From positions 3,381 through 67,380 of IMG/VR virus record IMGVR_UViG_3300027797_000026: a stretch of DNA of 64,000 bases; one strand, 5' to 3'. The DNA comes from a virus. Lineage: Duplodnaviria; Caudoviricetes. The notes beneath the pieces are model-generated. The model worked only from the letters and a program-made list of their open reading frames with translations. It was not told where the DNA came from and made no database searches. A program made the translations under genes and the position numbers. This document shows positions 27,563 to 37,536 of this stretch, piece after piece (positions within the stretch are counted from its first letter, which is position 1; each line of letters starts with the position of its first letter).

Positions 27563-28213
27563 ATGCAAAAGGATGTTGATTTTAAACAGTTTACTTTATT
27601 TGATTTACAAGTTCTAGAAAATAATATTTGGTATTGGGAAAATGCTTTAAGTTTTCCAAATGAACTAAATACGTTTATAGAAGAAATAGATTCTGAGCCA
27701 CTTTCTTATTCAAGAATTTCAAAATGGAATAATTGGACTGCAAGCGACGACTCAAATTTAATATACGGTGCTACAAAAAACATATCAATGGCTCAACTTA
27801 AAGAAACTACTGGATCTGATGAAGTAGATAAAAAAACTTTATATATTGCAAATAGTTTTGCAATGGCTTTTGAGATGGCTAGCGATAGATATTTTGCAGG
27901 ACACAATTTAGATAAAGCCCGTTATAATTTAGAAATAAATACAATCCCAATTAAAAAATGGAATCAGGGACAATCAATGGGCCCCCATTTTGATGGTCAG
28001 GACGGGAATAAAGATTTAGCATTTTCATTAGTTGCTTATATTAATGATGACTACGAAGGTGGAGAAATTAATTTTCCAAATCAAAATGTTACTGTAAAGC
28101 CAAAGGCTGGAAGCTTAATTATGTTTCCTTCACAACTTCCATATTTACATGAAGTAAAGCCTATTGTTTCTGGCACAAGATATATGAGCCCAGCACACGC
28201 ATATATTAAATAG
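27563..28213 (+). CDS. 2OG-Fe(II) oxygenase, prolyl-4-hydroxylase-like
   Basis: HFDG, NDDYEGGEI, HEVKPIVSGTRY. Confidence 0.9.
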   Translation: MQKDVDFKQFTLFDLQVLENNIWYWENALSFPNELNTFIEEIDSEPLSYSRISKWNNWTASDDSNLIYGATKNISMAQLKETTGSDEVDKKTLYIANSFAMAFEMASDRYFAGHNLDKARYNLEINTIPIKKWNQGQSMGPHFDGQDGNKDLAFSLVAYINDDYEGGEINFPNQNVTVKPKAGSLIMFPSQLPYLHEVKPIVSGTRYMSPAHAYIK

Positions 28214-28233
28214 ATAGGTGGTATAATAAAAAA

Positions 28234-29346
28234 ATGAGCACAACAGGCAAGGGCTTTAGATACCCAGTATACACAGACACCCCAGACGTACCCAGAGACC
28301 TTGGATACCTTGCGGCTGATGTAGATGCCTACCTGGATGCTCATCCAGGCCCACAGGGGCCTTCAGGAACGTTATCCGTAGGCTCTGTTACTACAGTTAG
28401 CGCCTCTACTCCAGCGTCAGTTGTAAATGTTGGAACCGCATCAGCAGCTATATTAAATCTAACTTTGCCTAGAGGAATTGATGGTATTATTGGCGGTCCA
28501 GGTCCTTCAAATGTATTGTCTATTGGAACTGTAGCACAGGGCGGTACAGCATCAGCAACAATTACTGGAACCTCACCTACACAGACATTAAATTTAGTTT
28601 TGCCAGAAGGCCCACAAGGAATACAGGGTCCAGTTGGCCCGCAGGGTCCTACCACGCTTGCGGTTGGAACGACTACAACTGGTGCAGCTGGAACAAATGC
28701 TTCAGTTACAAACACTGGCACAAGTACAGCAGCAGTTTTTGCATTTACAATTCCAAGAGGAGCAACTGGTGCCACAGGTGCCACTGGAGCACAAGGAATT
28801 CCTGGTTCAAGTGCAACAATAGATCCAGTGCCAACTACAATATCTTTAAATATTCCAACAACAGCAGGCTACGGAGTAAACTCAAATTGGTACCCACTTG
28901 CAAACAATTTATACTCAATTGGTCAGCCAATAGATACTCCTTCAGGAGTTACATCAAACAGATTTTGGAAAACAATATATTCTAATACTGGAGCAGTTGC
29001 TACATCAGATCAGCGACTAAAGACAGATATAGTTAGCTCCACACTCGGTCTTAATTTTATAAACGATTTAAATCCAGTAAGTTATAAGTTTATTGAAGGC
29101 GGTAAAGAAATAGTTGATGGTGATTTAGTTTCTATACCTGGATCAAGAACTCATTACGGACTTATTGCACAAGAGGTAAAAGAAGTTTTAGATGCATCTG
29201 GAGTAGCAGATTTTGCTGGTTGGGTAAAGCTGGATATGTCAGAAGCAGATTCTATGCAAGCATTAAGATATGATCAGTTTATTGCACCACTTATTAAAGC
29301 AGTACAAGAGCTTACAGCGAGAGTTAAAGCCCTAGAAGAGATTTAA
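28234..29346 (+). CDS. collagen-like fibre with C-terminal intramolecular chaperone (peptidase S74-like)
   Basis: GPQGPSG, GPQGIQGPVGPQGP, GATGATGATG; SDQRLK..HYGLIAQEV...LIKAVQEL. Confidence 0.85.
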   Translation: MSTTGKGFRYPVYTDTPDVPRDLGYLAADVDAYLDAHPGPQGPSGTLSVGSVTTVSASTPASVVNVGTASAAILNLTLPRGIDGIIGGPGPSNVLSIGTVAQGGTASATITGTSPTQTLNLVLPEGPQGIQGPVGPQGPTTLAVGTTTTGAAGTNASVTNTGTSTAAVFAFTIPRGATGATGATGAQGIPGSSATIDPVPTTISLNIPTTAGYGVNSNWYPLANNLYSIGQPIDTPSGVTSNRFWKTIYSNTGAVATSDQRLKTDIVSSTLGLNFINDLNPVSYKFIEGGKEIVDGDLVSIPGSRTHYGLIAQEVKEVLDASGVADFAGWVKLDMSEADSMQALRYDQFIAPLIKAVQELTARVKALEEI

Positions 29347-29349
29347 GAC

Positions 29350-31155
29350 ATGTCATATAAATATACTGTCTTAAAAGATAACCCAGTCGCATTTTTTTTA
29401 TTAGACGAAGTTCGTTCTGGAGAAGCTGGTGTATACAGCAATTTAACTACATTATATCCAACATACCAAGCTTTAAAAGATAGCGGAGTTTCATATGCTG
29501 CAGTAAGCGGGCTGCCAATAATTGATTACACTGGAAACTCTATGGAGGGGTATGCAATTAATACTTCAAGCATGGAGGTTCTTCCTATTATTGGAGCGGG
29601 AGTAAGAGGAACAGAAATAAATGAAGATGCACAGATAAGCCTAAAAGCCCTAGGACTTGGTATGAATAGAAATCCAGATGGCCCATTCTCATTTGAAATA
29701 TGGTTTAGTCCAGCCAAAGATGACAATGCCGAATATATTATTCTAGGCGATGCTGCCAATTCAATTGGCCTATTCTATAAAAATGAAAATATTATTTTTA
29801 AATGTAGCCCAACACAGACGGTTTGGCATAAGATTACAAAAAATAAAGCTATGCATGTTGTAGGTATGTTTTCTAAAGATACAATTTCACTTTATGTCGA
29901 TGGCAAAATTGTTTCTGAAAGTCCAGTTGTAGATAGCTTTAAATTTACTAATACAAGCTTAAACCTATCTTTGGGGCCAGCCAACTCAGGCAAAAAATTT
30001 ATTGTTGATTCAGCAGCAATATATGCCTATGAGCTAGAAGAAGCAAAAATATTAAATCATTATCTGTCTGGATACAAAGAGACAAAGTACTCACAAATTG
30101 TTTATTCAAATAATGGAATTCTTTTTTCATTAAACTCGGCCTCAGTAAGACCAGACATTTCATATAGGTATCCTGGAATAAAAGCACTAGAAGAGCTTGC
30201 CTCTGGAGATGCATATTATAACTCAGAGTATAACAGAATTGAGTTTGAAGAAACAGATGCCGTGGAAACAAAAACATTTTCTTTTCAAGAAAGACTGTAT
30301 GTATCAAATCCAGAAGATATTGTTTCTTCTAAAATTTGCTATGGGCAGGATGTAGATAATATTTTGGTTGAAATACAAATCCCAAATCAGCCATGGGTAG
30401 TTTGCAAAAATAATTCTCCAATGCCATACTACAACAAAAACCAGAACTCAGGAAGCCCAATATTAGATATAAGGGTAACAATGACGACACAGGATTCATC
30501 CTTTGACCTACCTTACTTTGATAAGCTAGAAATTGATATGTATTCAAATAAAGATTTTTATGCAGATAATTCTGGATCAAAAATATACTCAGCATACGAC
30601 TATGCAGTAGGACAATATAATTACCCAGTAAGAATGCAGAATAAATACAACGGACTTTCAATGTATTCTGGCCACGGGTTTTCTGTAGATCTTTCTATTC
30701 AGCCACGGACAATAGAGATGTTCTTTACTCCAAGGGGTGGACAAAATGTATTGTTTTCTTCAGCATCCTCATCAATTAAATGGGCGGCTAACGGGTTAAT
30801 AACAAAAGCTGGAATTTCTGCTATATACGTAAATGGTATAAATAGGACATCAGAGACTAATGTATCCACGTTCTTGCTAAATGATGTTGCACACCATATT
30901 GTAATTGTATTAAGTCAGTCAGCCTTAAATATTAAGTTTAATCAAAATCAATTAGATACAGAGTATGGAACTTCAAATCTATATAACAATATAGCTTTTT
31001 ACGAGAAGGCTTTTACGTCCGCAGAAGCAATAAATAACTACAGGCTTTACTGCTCAGATAACTCAAAGGTTGTTACTGACCCAGGAGTGACTATATCTGA
31101 AAGTGCCCAAGGTCAGGATGGAACCTCATACTTTATAAGGTTATTTGACCAGTAG
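29350..31155 (+). CDS. minor virion protein with LamG/ConA-like domain
   Basis: DNPVAFFLLDE, FSFEIWF, HVVG...LYVDG. Confidence 0.7.
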   Translation: MSYKYTVLKDNPVAFFLLDEVRSGEAGVYSNLTTLYPTYQALKDSGVSYAAVSGLPIIDYTGNSMEGYAINTSSMEVLPIIGAGVRGTEINEDAQISLKALGLGMNRNPDGPFSFEIWFSPAKDDNAEYIILGDAANSIGLFYKNENIIFKCSPTQTVWHKITKNKAMHVVGMFSKDTISLYVDGKIVSESPVVDSFKFTNTSLNLSLGPANSGKKFIVDSAAIYAYELEEAKILNHYLSGYKETKYSQIVYSNNGILFSLNSASVRPDISYRYPGIKALEELASGDAYYNSEYNRIEFEETDAVETKTFSFQERLYVSNPEDIVSSKICYGQDVDNILVEIQIPNQPWVVCKNNSPMPYYNKNQNSGSPILDIRVTMTTQDSSFDLPYFDKLEIDMYSNKDFYADNSGSKIYSAYDYAVGQYNYPVRMQNKYNGLSMYSGHGFSVDLSIQPRTIEMFFTPRGGQNVLFSSASSSIKWAANGLITKAGISAIYVNGINRTSETNVSTFLLNDVAHHIVIVLSQSALNIKFNQNQLDTEYGTSNLYNNIAFYEKAFTSAEAINNYRLYCSDNSKVVTDPGVTISESAQGQDGTSYFIRLFDQ

Positions 31156-31237
31156 GTTGCACAATTTTTAAAAAAAGTGCATTGTCGTGGTATCAAGGCT
31201 GGACTTTTGCTAAGAATAATGATAAACTGTTTTACAT

Positions 31238-31576
31238 ATGGAAATATTAAACCAAAAAAGCGAAGTTGTTGAAGAAACACGCCTAGGCATATACGTATGG
31301 GAAATGCCAGATGGTCGATGGATTGGAGACGATGATGGCAATTTCCTTTCGATAACATCCGTAAAAGGAAATAGATCTAGAATGAACGTTCTAGCTGATG
31401 CCGTAAGACACTATGGGATATATGAAGGAAAGCCAAAGTTTTTGTCTGGAAGAAGAAAGATTGATGACGAAGAGTTTGAGTATCAAAACCAAAGACTTAA
31501 ATGGGGGCTTACACCAGACCCTCTTGATATCGGAGAATATAAAGACCAGGTTTTACGAGGGGGATCAGTAACATGA
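31238..31576 (+). CDS. hypothetical protein upstream of portal
   Basis: ORF coupled to portal (ATGA overlap). Confidence 0.75.
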   Translation: MEILNQKSEVVEETRLGIYVWEMPDGRWIGDDDGNFLSITSVKGNRSRMNVLADAVRHYGIYEGKPKFLSGRRKIDDEEFEYQNQRLKWGLTPDPLDIGEYKDQVLRGGSVT

Positions 31577-33156
31577 CACAATTTTTAGAAGACGGAACAG
31601 AAGATACATACGAGGTATCTGTTAAAAATAGCTCAGATCTATTTTCATTTAAAAAAGAAAAAGAGCATGTGGACCCATTTGGTATTGGAATAGATGACCT
31701 TAAAAAAGTAAGAGGTCTAGGAACAAACTTTAAAAGAAAAGTAAACAGAGACTTTGCAAAATCATTTACTGGTAAAGATGGTTCGGGAACACAACAGAAT
31801 CTATTGCAGTCAGCCGTTACTGGATATGCAATGTTTGATCTTGTTCAGCCAGTATATAACCTAGAATACCTATCTCAAATCTATGAGGTTTCAACTTACA
31901 ACTACGCTGCTATCAATGCAAAGGTTGCAAACATTGTTGGTCTTGGATATTCCTTTATGGAAACTAGAAAAACAAACGACGCAATTGATGCAATATCAGA
32001 TGATAAGCAATTAGATAGAGCACGTAGAAAGCTAAATAAATTAAAGCAGGATTTGCAAGACTGGCTAGATGCAACTAACGATGAAGATACTTTTACAGAG
32101 ACCCTTATAAAGGTCTATACAGACTTAGAGGCAACAGGCAACGGATACATTGAAATTGGAAGAACTACAGGCGGAGACATTGGGTATATAGGACACATCC
32201 CAGCTAAGACAATGCGTGTTAGAAGACTAAGAGATGGCTTTATGCAATTGCTTTACGGCAAGGCTGTTTTCTTTAGAAACTTTGGAGATTCAGAAACTGT
32301 GAACCCAATTGGAGAATCAGAAGATAGACCAAATGAGATTATTCATTTGAAGAAGTATACTCCAATGAATAACTATTACGGTATCCCAGATATTGTTGCA
32401 GCTCAAATGTCATTGGCTGGAAATGAATTTGCTGGAAGATATAACCTAGATTACTTTGAAAATAAAGCGGTCCCAAGATATATTATTACAGTAAAAGGAG
32501 CAAAGCTTTCACCAGAGTCAGAAAGAAAATTGCTTGAATTTTTCCAGGTTGGATTAAAAGGAAAGAACCACAGATCTCTTTATATACCTTTGCCAGCAGA
32601 CACACAGGATAATAAAGTTGAATTTAAAATGGAGCCAGTCGAGGCTGGAGCCCAAGAGTCATCATTTAATATTTACAGACAGTCGAATAGAGACGAAATA
32701 TTGCTTGCCCACAGAGTCCCAATTAATAAAATTGGTGTTCCAGAGGGAGTATCTTTGGCAAATGCCAGAGATGCAGATAAAACATTTAAAGAGCAGGTTT
32801 GTCGTCCAGCACAAATGAGATTAGAGAAAAGAATTAATTCAATTATTGAAGAAAAGACTGACGCTCTAAAAATTAAATTTGAAGAGCTTACTCTTACAGA
32901 TGAAGATACTCAATCTCAAATAGATGAAAGATATCTTAGAATGCAGGTAATTACCCCTAATGAAGTTAGAATTAGAAAGGGATTAATTCCAGTAGATGGC
33001 GGAGACGAAATGGTTGAATTAAAACCTCAGCAAGCCGCTGACCAAAAGGCTACAGCTGGAAAAACTAGAGCCAGGGATTCTGAAAGATCTGCTGCCTCAT
33101 CGGATAAAGTCGGAGAAGGCAGAAATGCTAAAGGCGACGGAAGCCGAGTCGACTAA
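31573..33156 (+). CDS. portal protein
   Basis: GNGYIE, EIIHLK...YYGIP, YFENKAVP, ITPNEVR motifs. Confidence 0.9.
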   Translation: MTQFLEDGTEDTYEVSVKNSSDLFSFKKEKEHVDPFGIGIDDLKKVRGLGTNFKRKVNRDFAKSFTGKDGSGTQQNLLQSAVTGYAMFDLVQPVYNLEYLSQIYEVSTYNYAAINAKVANIVGLGYSFMETRKTNDAIDAISDDKQLDRARRKLNKLKQDLQDWLDATNDEDTFTETLIKVYTDLEATGNGYIEIGRTTGGDIGYIGHIPAKTMRVRRLRDGFMQLLYGKAVFFRNFGDSETVNPIGESEDRPNEIIHLKKYTPMNNYYGIPDIVAAQMSLAGNEFAGRYNLDYFENKAVPRYIITVKGAKLSPESERKLLEFFQVGLKGKNHRSLYIPLPADTQDNKVEFKMEPVEAGAQESSFNIYRQSNRDEILLAHRVPINKIGVPEGVSLANARDADKTFKEQVCRPAQMRLEKRINSIIEEKTDALKIKFEELTLTDEDTQSQIDERYLRMQVITPNEVRIRKGLIPVDGGDEMVELKPQQAADQKATAGKTRARDSERSAASSDKVGEGRNAKGDGSRVD

Positions 33157-33209
33157 ATCCAATCAACTACGATTTGCCTTTTTATATGTATAAGTATAAA
33201 ATTAAGCAT

Positions 33210-34553
33210 ATGAACATAGAAAAAAGCCAGTGGTCCTCCGACGGCCAAAACCTTCATTTATCTGTTCCATTTACAAAAGTAAACAGAGAGAATAGAACCG
33301 TGTCTGGATTTGCTACATTAGATAATGTGGATCAAACAGGAGACGTTGTTACTGCTGAAGCAAGCCTAAAAGCATTCGAAGCTTTTAGAGGAAACTTAAG
33401 AGAGATGCATCAGCCAATGGCAGTAGGCAAGGTTGTATCATTTAAGCCAGAGACATACTATGATCAAAAGTCAAAAGAATTTTACAATGGAGTTTATGTT
33501 ACTTCATATATTTCAAAGGGCGCACAAGATACTTGGGAGAAAGTTCTTGACGGAACACTTTCAGGTTTTTCAATCGGCGGAAAGATTAAAGAGTCAGACA
33601 ACGAAATGAATAAGTCAACAGGAGAGACTGTAAGATTTATTAAAGATTATGATTTAGTAGAACTTTCAATTGTAGATTCACCAGCTAACGAAATGTGTAA
33701 TATCATTTCAATTGAAAAAGCAAATGGTCAGCTTATTTTTAAAGGAATGGCAACAGAAGTTGTCACAGAAAATATTTTTTATTGTGAAGATAGCGATTCT
33801 GTTTTTATCTCAACAGACAAGACATACTCTTCTCCAGTCACTGGAAAAGAAGCTACGCTAATTGGTTGGGTTGAAAGCTCAGACCATAACAAATCAAAAG
33901 AGATAGATAAAGTTCTTGCTTCATTTAAGAAGTCAAGAGTTACGTTGCCTGCAACACAAACAATAGCAAAACAGGCAAACGCACAAGGAGGTAATGAAGT
34001 GGAAAAACTAAACGCACAGGCTGCAGAATCAGTTGTAACTGAAGAAGTAGTTGTAGTTGAAGAGACCATGGCAGAGACTAATATCGATGCCGTCGAAGAA
34101 GCATCAGCTGCTGTTGATACAGTAGAAGATGCAGACTCTGCTTCTGTAGATGTCTTTAAGTCAGCTGATGCTAACGCACCAGTTGCAGTTGAAGTCGAAG
34201 AGCCTGATTTTGCAAAAATGTTAGTAGACCTAAAGGGATTCTTTGCAGATACTCTTAGCAAGGCTACAGAGGCAAATGCAGTACAGGTTTCAGAAATTAA
34301 AGAAACTGTAGAAACTTTTAGCAAGGGCTTAAATGCTCAAATCACAGAATTAGCAGAAAAGCACAGCGCACTTAGTGCAGCTGTAACAGAAATAAAGGGC
34401 ACCATTGATGGTGTTCAAAAGCGTGTAGATGCCGTAGAAGGCGATACAGCAATTAAGAAGTCCTCAGACCTTGGCGGGTCTGCGGTACAAGCAGTAAACA
34501 AATCAAAATGGAACGGTTCTTTCCTCGGTTCCGTAAACGAAATATTTAACTAG
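33210..34553 (+). CDS. prohead protease with fused scaffold
   Basis: VDQTGD, LREMH, GFSIGG, ELSIVDSPAN; acidic/coiled-coil C-terminal half. Confidence 0.88.
   Translation: MNIEKSQWSSDGQNLHLSVPFTKVNRENRTVSGFATLDNVDQTGDVVTAEASLKAFEAFRGNLREMHQPMAVGKVVSFKPETYYDQKSKEFYNGVYVTSYISKGAQDTWEKVLDGTLSGFSIGGKIKESDNEMNKSTGETVRFIKDYDLVELSIVDSPANEMCNIISIEKANGQLIFKGMATEVVTENIFYCEDSDSVFISTDKTYSSPVTGKEATLIGWVESSDHNKSKEIDKVLASFKKSRVTLPATQTIAKQANAQGGNEVEKLNAQAAESVVTEEVVVVEETMAETNIDAVEEASAAVDTVEDADSASVDVFKSADANAPVAVEVEEPDFAKMLVDLKGFFADTLSKATEANAVQVSEIKETVETFSKGLNAQITELAEKHSALSAAVTEIKGTIDGVQKRVDAVEGDTAIKKSSDLGGSAVQAVNKSKWNGSFLGSVNEIFN
33999..34553 (+). CDS. nested in-frame scaffold protein (internal GTG)
   Basis: AGGAGG at 33986-33991, 7 nt before in-frame GTG. 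Confidence 0.6.
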   Translation: MEKLNAQAAESVVTEEVVVVEETMAETNIDAVEEASAAVDTVEDADSASVDVFKSADANAPVAVEVEEPDFAKMLVDLKGFFADTLSKATEANAVQVSEIKETVETFSKGLNAQITELAEKHSALSAAVTEIKGTIDGVQKRVDAVEGDTAIKKSSDLGGSAVQAVNKSKWNGSFLGSVNEIFN

Positions 34554-34567
34554 GGTAGGTGAATTAT

Positions 34568-35614
34568 ATGAGCAATGAATTATTAGAAAAAGCAGCAGCA
34601 GCTGGTACAACAGTATCAACTGGCTTCGACTCAAACACTGGAATGTCAGGAGTACATCGTCAATCAGAAGATGGTAACGGTGGACTTTTAAATCCAGAAC
34701 AATCAGCTCGCTTCCTAGACTATATGTTCGACGCAACCGTAATTGGTAAGGTCGCACGTACGGTCAGAATGAAGTCAGACACAACAGAGATTGATCGTAT
34801 GTCAGTAGGAGAAAAGCTTGTTAAGCTTGCATCCGAAGGAGAAAACACAGGAGTTAACTCAGGTGTAACTTTCTCAAAGATCTCTCTCACAACAAAGAAG
34901 CTCCGCCTTGACTGGGAACTCTCAACAGAGTCACTAGAAGACAACATCGAGGGTGCAGATCTAGAAGATCATATTGCACGTTTGATGGCAACACAGGCTG
35001 GAAACGACATTGAAGATCTTCTTCTTAACGGTAACGCCGCAGGAACAGATCCACTATACAAGGCCTTTGATGGTGTTGTAAAGAAGGCCAAGACAAGTGC
35101 TCACGTAGTAGATGCTGCAGGTGCAGCAATTTCTCGTGAAGTATTTAACAAGGCACTTAAGGCACTTCCACGTAAGTACAAGCAGCGTCGTACAGACCTA
35201 CGCTTCCTTGCGGGATCAAACTTGATCCAGGATTACCTATTCTCAACATCACAAAACATCCAGAACGTTAACCCACAGGATATTGCTTCAGGCATCATCC
35301 GCGGTGAGGTTGCACCAGTTTCAGGTCCAGCAGGATATGTAGCTCCATACGCATTTGGTATTCCAATCGTTGAAGTTCCATTGCTTCCAGAAACACAAGC
35401 AGGAGATTACGCATCACCAACAGGTTCACACGGAGATATCCACTTGACATTTCCTAATAACGTTGTTGTCGGCGTAAAGCGTGACGTAACAGTCTACCGC
35501 TTCTTCTGGCCACGTAAGGACTCAATCGAGTACACAATGTATACTCGTGTTGGTGTTCAGATCGAGCAGGCAGACGCTTGGGTAGTCGTAAAGAACGTTA
35601 AGGTTGCTTCCTAA
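34568..35614 (+). CDS. major capsid protein (HK97 fold)
   Basis: GGLLNPEQ, LEDNIEG, ALPRKY; follows protease; strong terminator. Confidence 0.92.
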   Translation: MSNELLEKAAAAGTTVSTGFDSNTGMSGVHRQSEDGNGGLLNPEQSARFLDYMFDATVIGKVARTVRMKSDTTEIDRMSVGEKLVKLASEGENTGVNSGVTFSKISLTTKKLRLDWELSTESLEDNIEGADLEDHIARLMATQAGNDIEDLLLNGNAAGTDPLYKAFDGVVKKAKTSAHVVDAAGAAISREVFNKALKALPRKYKQRRTDLRFLAGSNLIQDYLFSTSQNIQNVNPQDIASGIIRGEVAPVSGPAGYVAPYAFGIPIVEVPLLPETQAGDYASPTGSHGDIHLTFPNNVVVGVKRDVTVYRFFWPRKDSIEYTMYTRVGVQIEQADAWVVVKNVKVAS

Positions 35615-35631
35615 TTAGGAATTAATCTCAA

Positions 35632-35663
35632 GAAAGGCCCCCAATTAATTTTGGGGGCTTTTC
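35632..35663 (+). terminator. intrinsic terminator
   Basis: GCCCCCAA/TTGGGGGC stem plus T tract. Confidence 0.8.
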
Positions 35664-35714
35664 ATTTTAATTATACAATGCTATAATGGTTTTACCTAGA
35701 AAAAGGAGTATTAA

Positions 35715-36110
35715 ATGTCTTTTGACACATTAAAGGTCGGAGAGCTGAAAGCAATTGCAGAGGATTTTGCGGTTGATACAGAAGGCCTTAAAAACAAGCA
35801 GGATATAATTGCAGCACTATCAGAAGAAGGAGTGACTTACGCAGTATATGCAAAGACACTCAAGGATGTAGAAGACGCAAAAGAAGAGATTGAAATCCTT
35901 CCAGTATTTGATCCAAAGTCGGAACGCTCAGAGGATACAGTACTAGTTATGATGACAAGAGCAAATGTTAGATACGATATTTTGGGACACACTTTTACAA
36001 GCACCCATCCATTCGTAGCAATGCATAAAGATGCTGCTCAGCAAATTTTTGATATAGAGGAGGGTTTTCGTTTAGCGACACCAAAAGAAGTACAGGATTA
36101 TTACAGCTAA
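35715..36110 (+). CDS. head-associated protein (N-terminal HeH/Rho-N-like)
   Basis: LKV.ELK.IA......K.DII pattern; position. Confidence 0.55.
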   Translation: MSFDTLKVGELKAIAEDFAVDTEGLKNKQDIIAALSEEGVTYAVYAKTLKDVEDAKEEIEILPVFDPKSERSEDTVLVMMTRANVRYDILGHTFTSTHPFVAMHKDAAQQIFDIEEGFRLATPKEVQDYYS

Positions 36111-36125
36111 GCTTAAACGTAACAA

Positions 36126-37106
36126 ATGGAAATTATAGTAGGAACAAACTCACCAGTAAAACAAAGAGTCTTTTGGAAAGGTGGAATAGCTGAAGCAGAT
36201 GCACTGCCAACAGTTAAATTCTACGACATAACCGAAGACCCAGCAGTTGCTCCATCTATAAATCCAGTAACTGTTTTACATACTCAAATTGCAGAAAAGA
36301 TAGATACAGACTACGGTGTATACAGTGTATACCCACCCCTGTCTCTAACAAATAGACCTAGATCATTAAAACTGGTCTGGGAATATCGGGTTGAAGGACA
36401 GTTAGTAACAAAAGAACACAAGATTTTTGTTGTTACTCCATATGCAGATTTAACACAGGCAGCGGACGCTCTTGGATTTGGGTTTGACCAATCTGATCCA
36501 AACTACAGAACCTTTTCAGATTTAGTTGCAGCAGAAAGATATGCTAGAAAACTAATTGAAAATTACACTGGGCAGCAGTTTCATTTATATGATGACATAA
36601 ACGTTGTTTATTCAACTGGAGCAGATGTACTTCCATTGCCACAAAAGATTAACCAGCTGCACGAGCTTTATTTAAATGATCAGCTTCTAGTTGATACTAT
36701 TAATAATGTAAACAATTTAAGTATGCCAGTATCAATATCTGAAAGCGGATTCGGATTAAGAGTTGATAGATCTAATGCTCTAGATAATGTAGTATATTAC
36801 GCAAACGGAATGATACCTCCAAGCATTAATGATAGTGCAAGAGGAATCTTTATCAATGGCGGAACTTATAGAGTCGCTGGCAGATATGGTTGGCAGAATG
36901 TCCCAGACGAAGTAGAGCTTGCATGTATTGAATTAATGAAAGACTTTTTCTCTAAAGATAAAGAATGGCGTAATAAATACATTAAGAGCATCCAGACATT
37001 TGACTGGCAGTTCCAATACGATACATCAGCATTTAGCGGTACAGGCAATAACTATGCTGACCAGCTATTACTTCCATACGTCACAAATAAAATGGTAGTT
37101 ATTTAA
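36126..37106 (+). CDS. head-tail adaptor
   Basis: IENYTGQ.F, YGW..VPDEVELA motifs; position. Confidence 0.75.
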   Translation: MEIIVGTNSPVKQRVFWKGGIAEADALPTVKFYDITEDPAVAPSINPVTVLHTQIAEKIDTDYGVYSVYPPLSLTNRPRSLKLVWEYRVEGQLVTKEHKIFVVTPYADLTQAADALGFGFDQSDPNYRTFSDLVAAERYARKLIENYTGQQFHLYDDINVVYSTGADVLPLPQKINQLHELYLNDQLLVDTINNVNNLSMPVSISESGFGLRVDRSNALDNVVYYANGMIPPSINDSARGIFINGGTYRVAGRYGWQNVPDEVELACIELMKDFFSKDKEWRNKYIKSIQTFDWQFQYDTSAFSGTGNNYADQLLLPYVTNKMVVI

Positions 37107-37107
37107 T

Positions 37108-37536
37108 ATGAATAACCTAGTCGATTCTATTTTCAACATGAAAGTAGATGTATATCTGCAAGAAGATTATCAGGACCAGAATACTGGTGCTATTAAAAAG
37201 TCTTGGGTATATGCAAAGACTGTTCCGTGTTTTGCAAAAGGAATGATATCTAATTCATCCACTGCAAGAAGCGGAGATAACAGGGCCATATCAACTAAAT
37301 ATGAGAATACTCAAACTATAGAAATTAGAACTCAAACACCAATTACATATAGGCAAAAAATAACTAATATTAGAGATTCATCAAACAACGTTATATGGTT
37401 TGAATTAAATTATCCAAACGATACACCAACAGTATTTGAGATAGTAAGCTCAACTCCAATCACAGATCCTTTTGGAACACTCATGGCATACAACTCAATT
37501 GCCAAGAGGTCGGAGAACCAGATAATTGGAGACTAG
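37108..37536 (+). CDS. head closure/stopper protein
   Basis: position and size. Confidence 0.6.
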   Translation: MNNLVDSIFNMKVDVYLQEDYQDQNTGAIKKSWVYAKTVPCFAKGMISNSSTARSGDNRAISTKYENTQTIEIRTQTPITYRQKITNIRDSSNNVIWFELNYPNDTPTVFEIVSSTPITDPFGTLMAYNSIAKRSENQIIGD

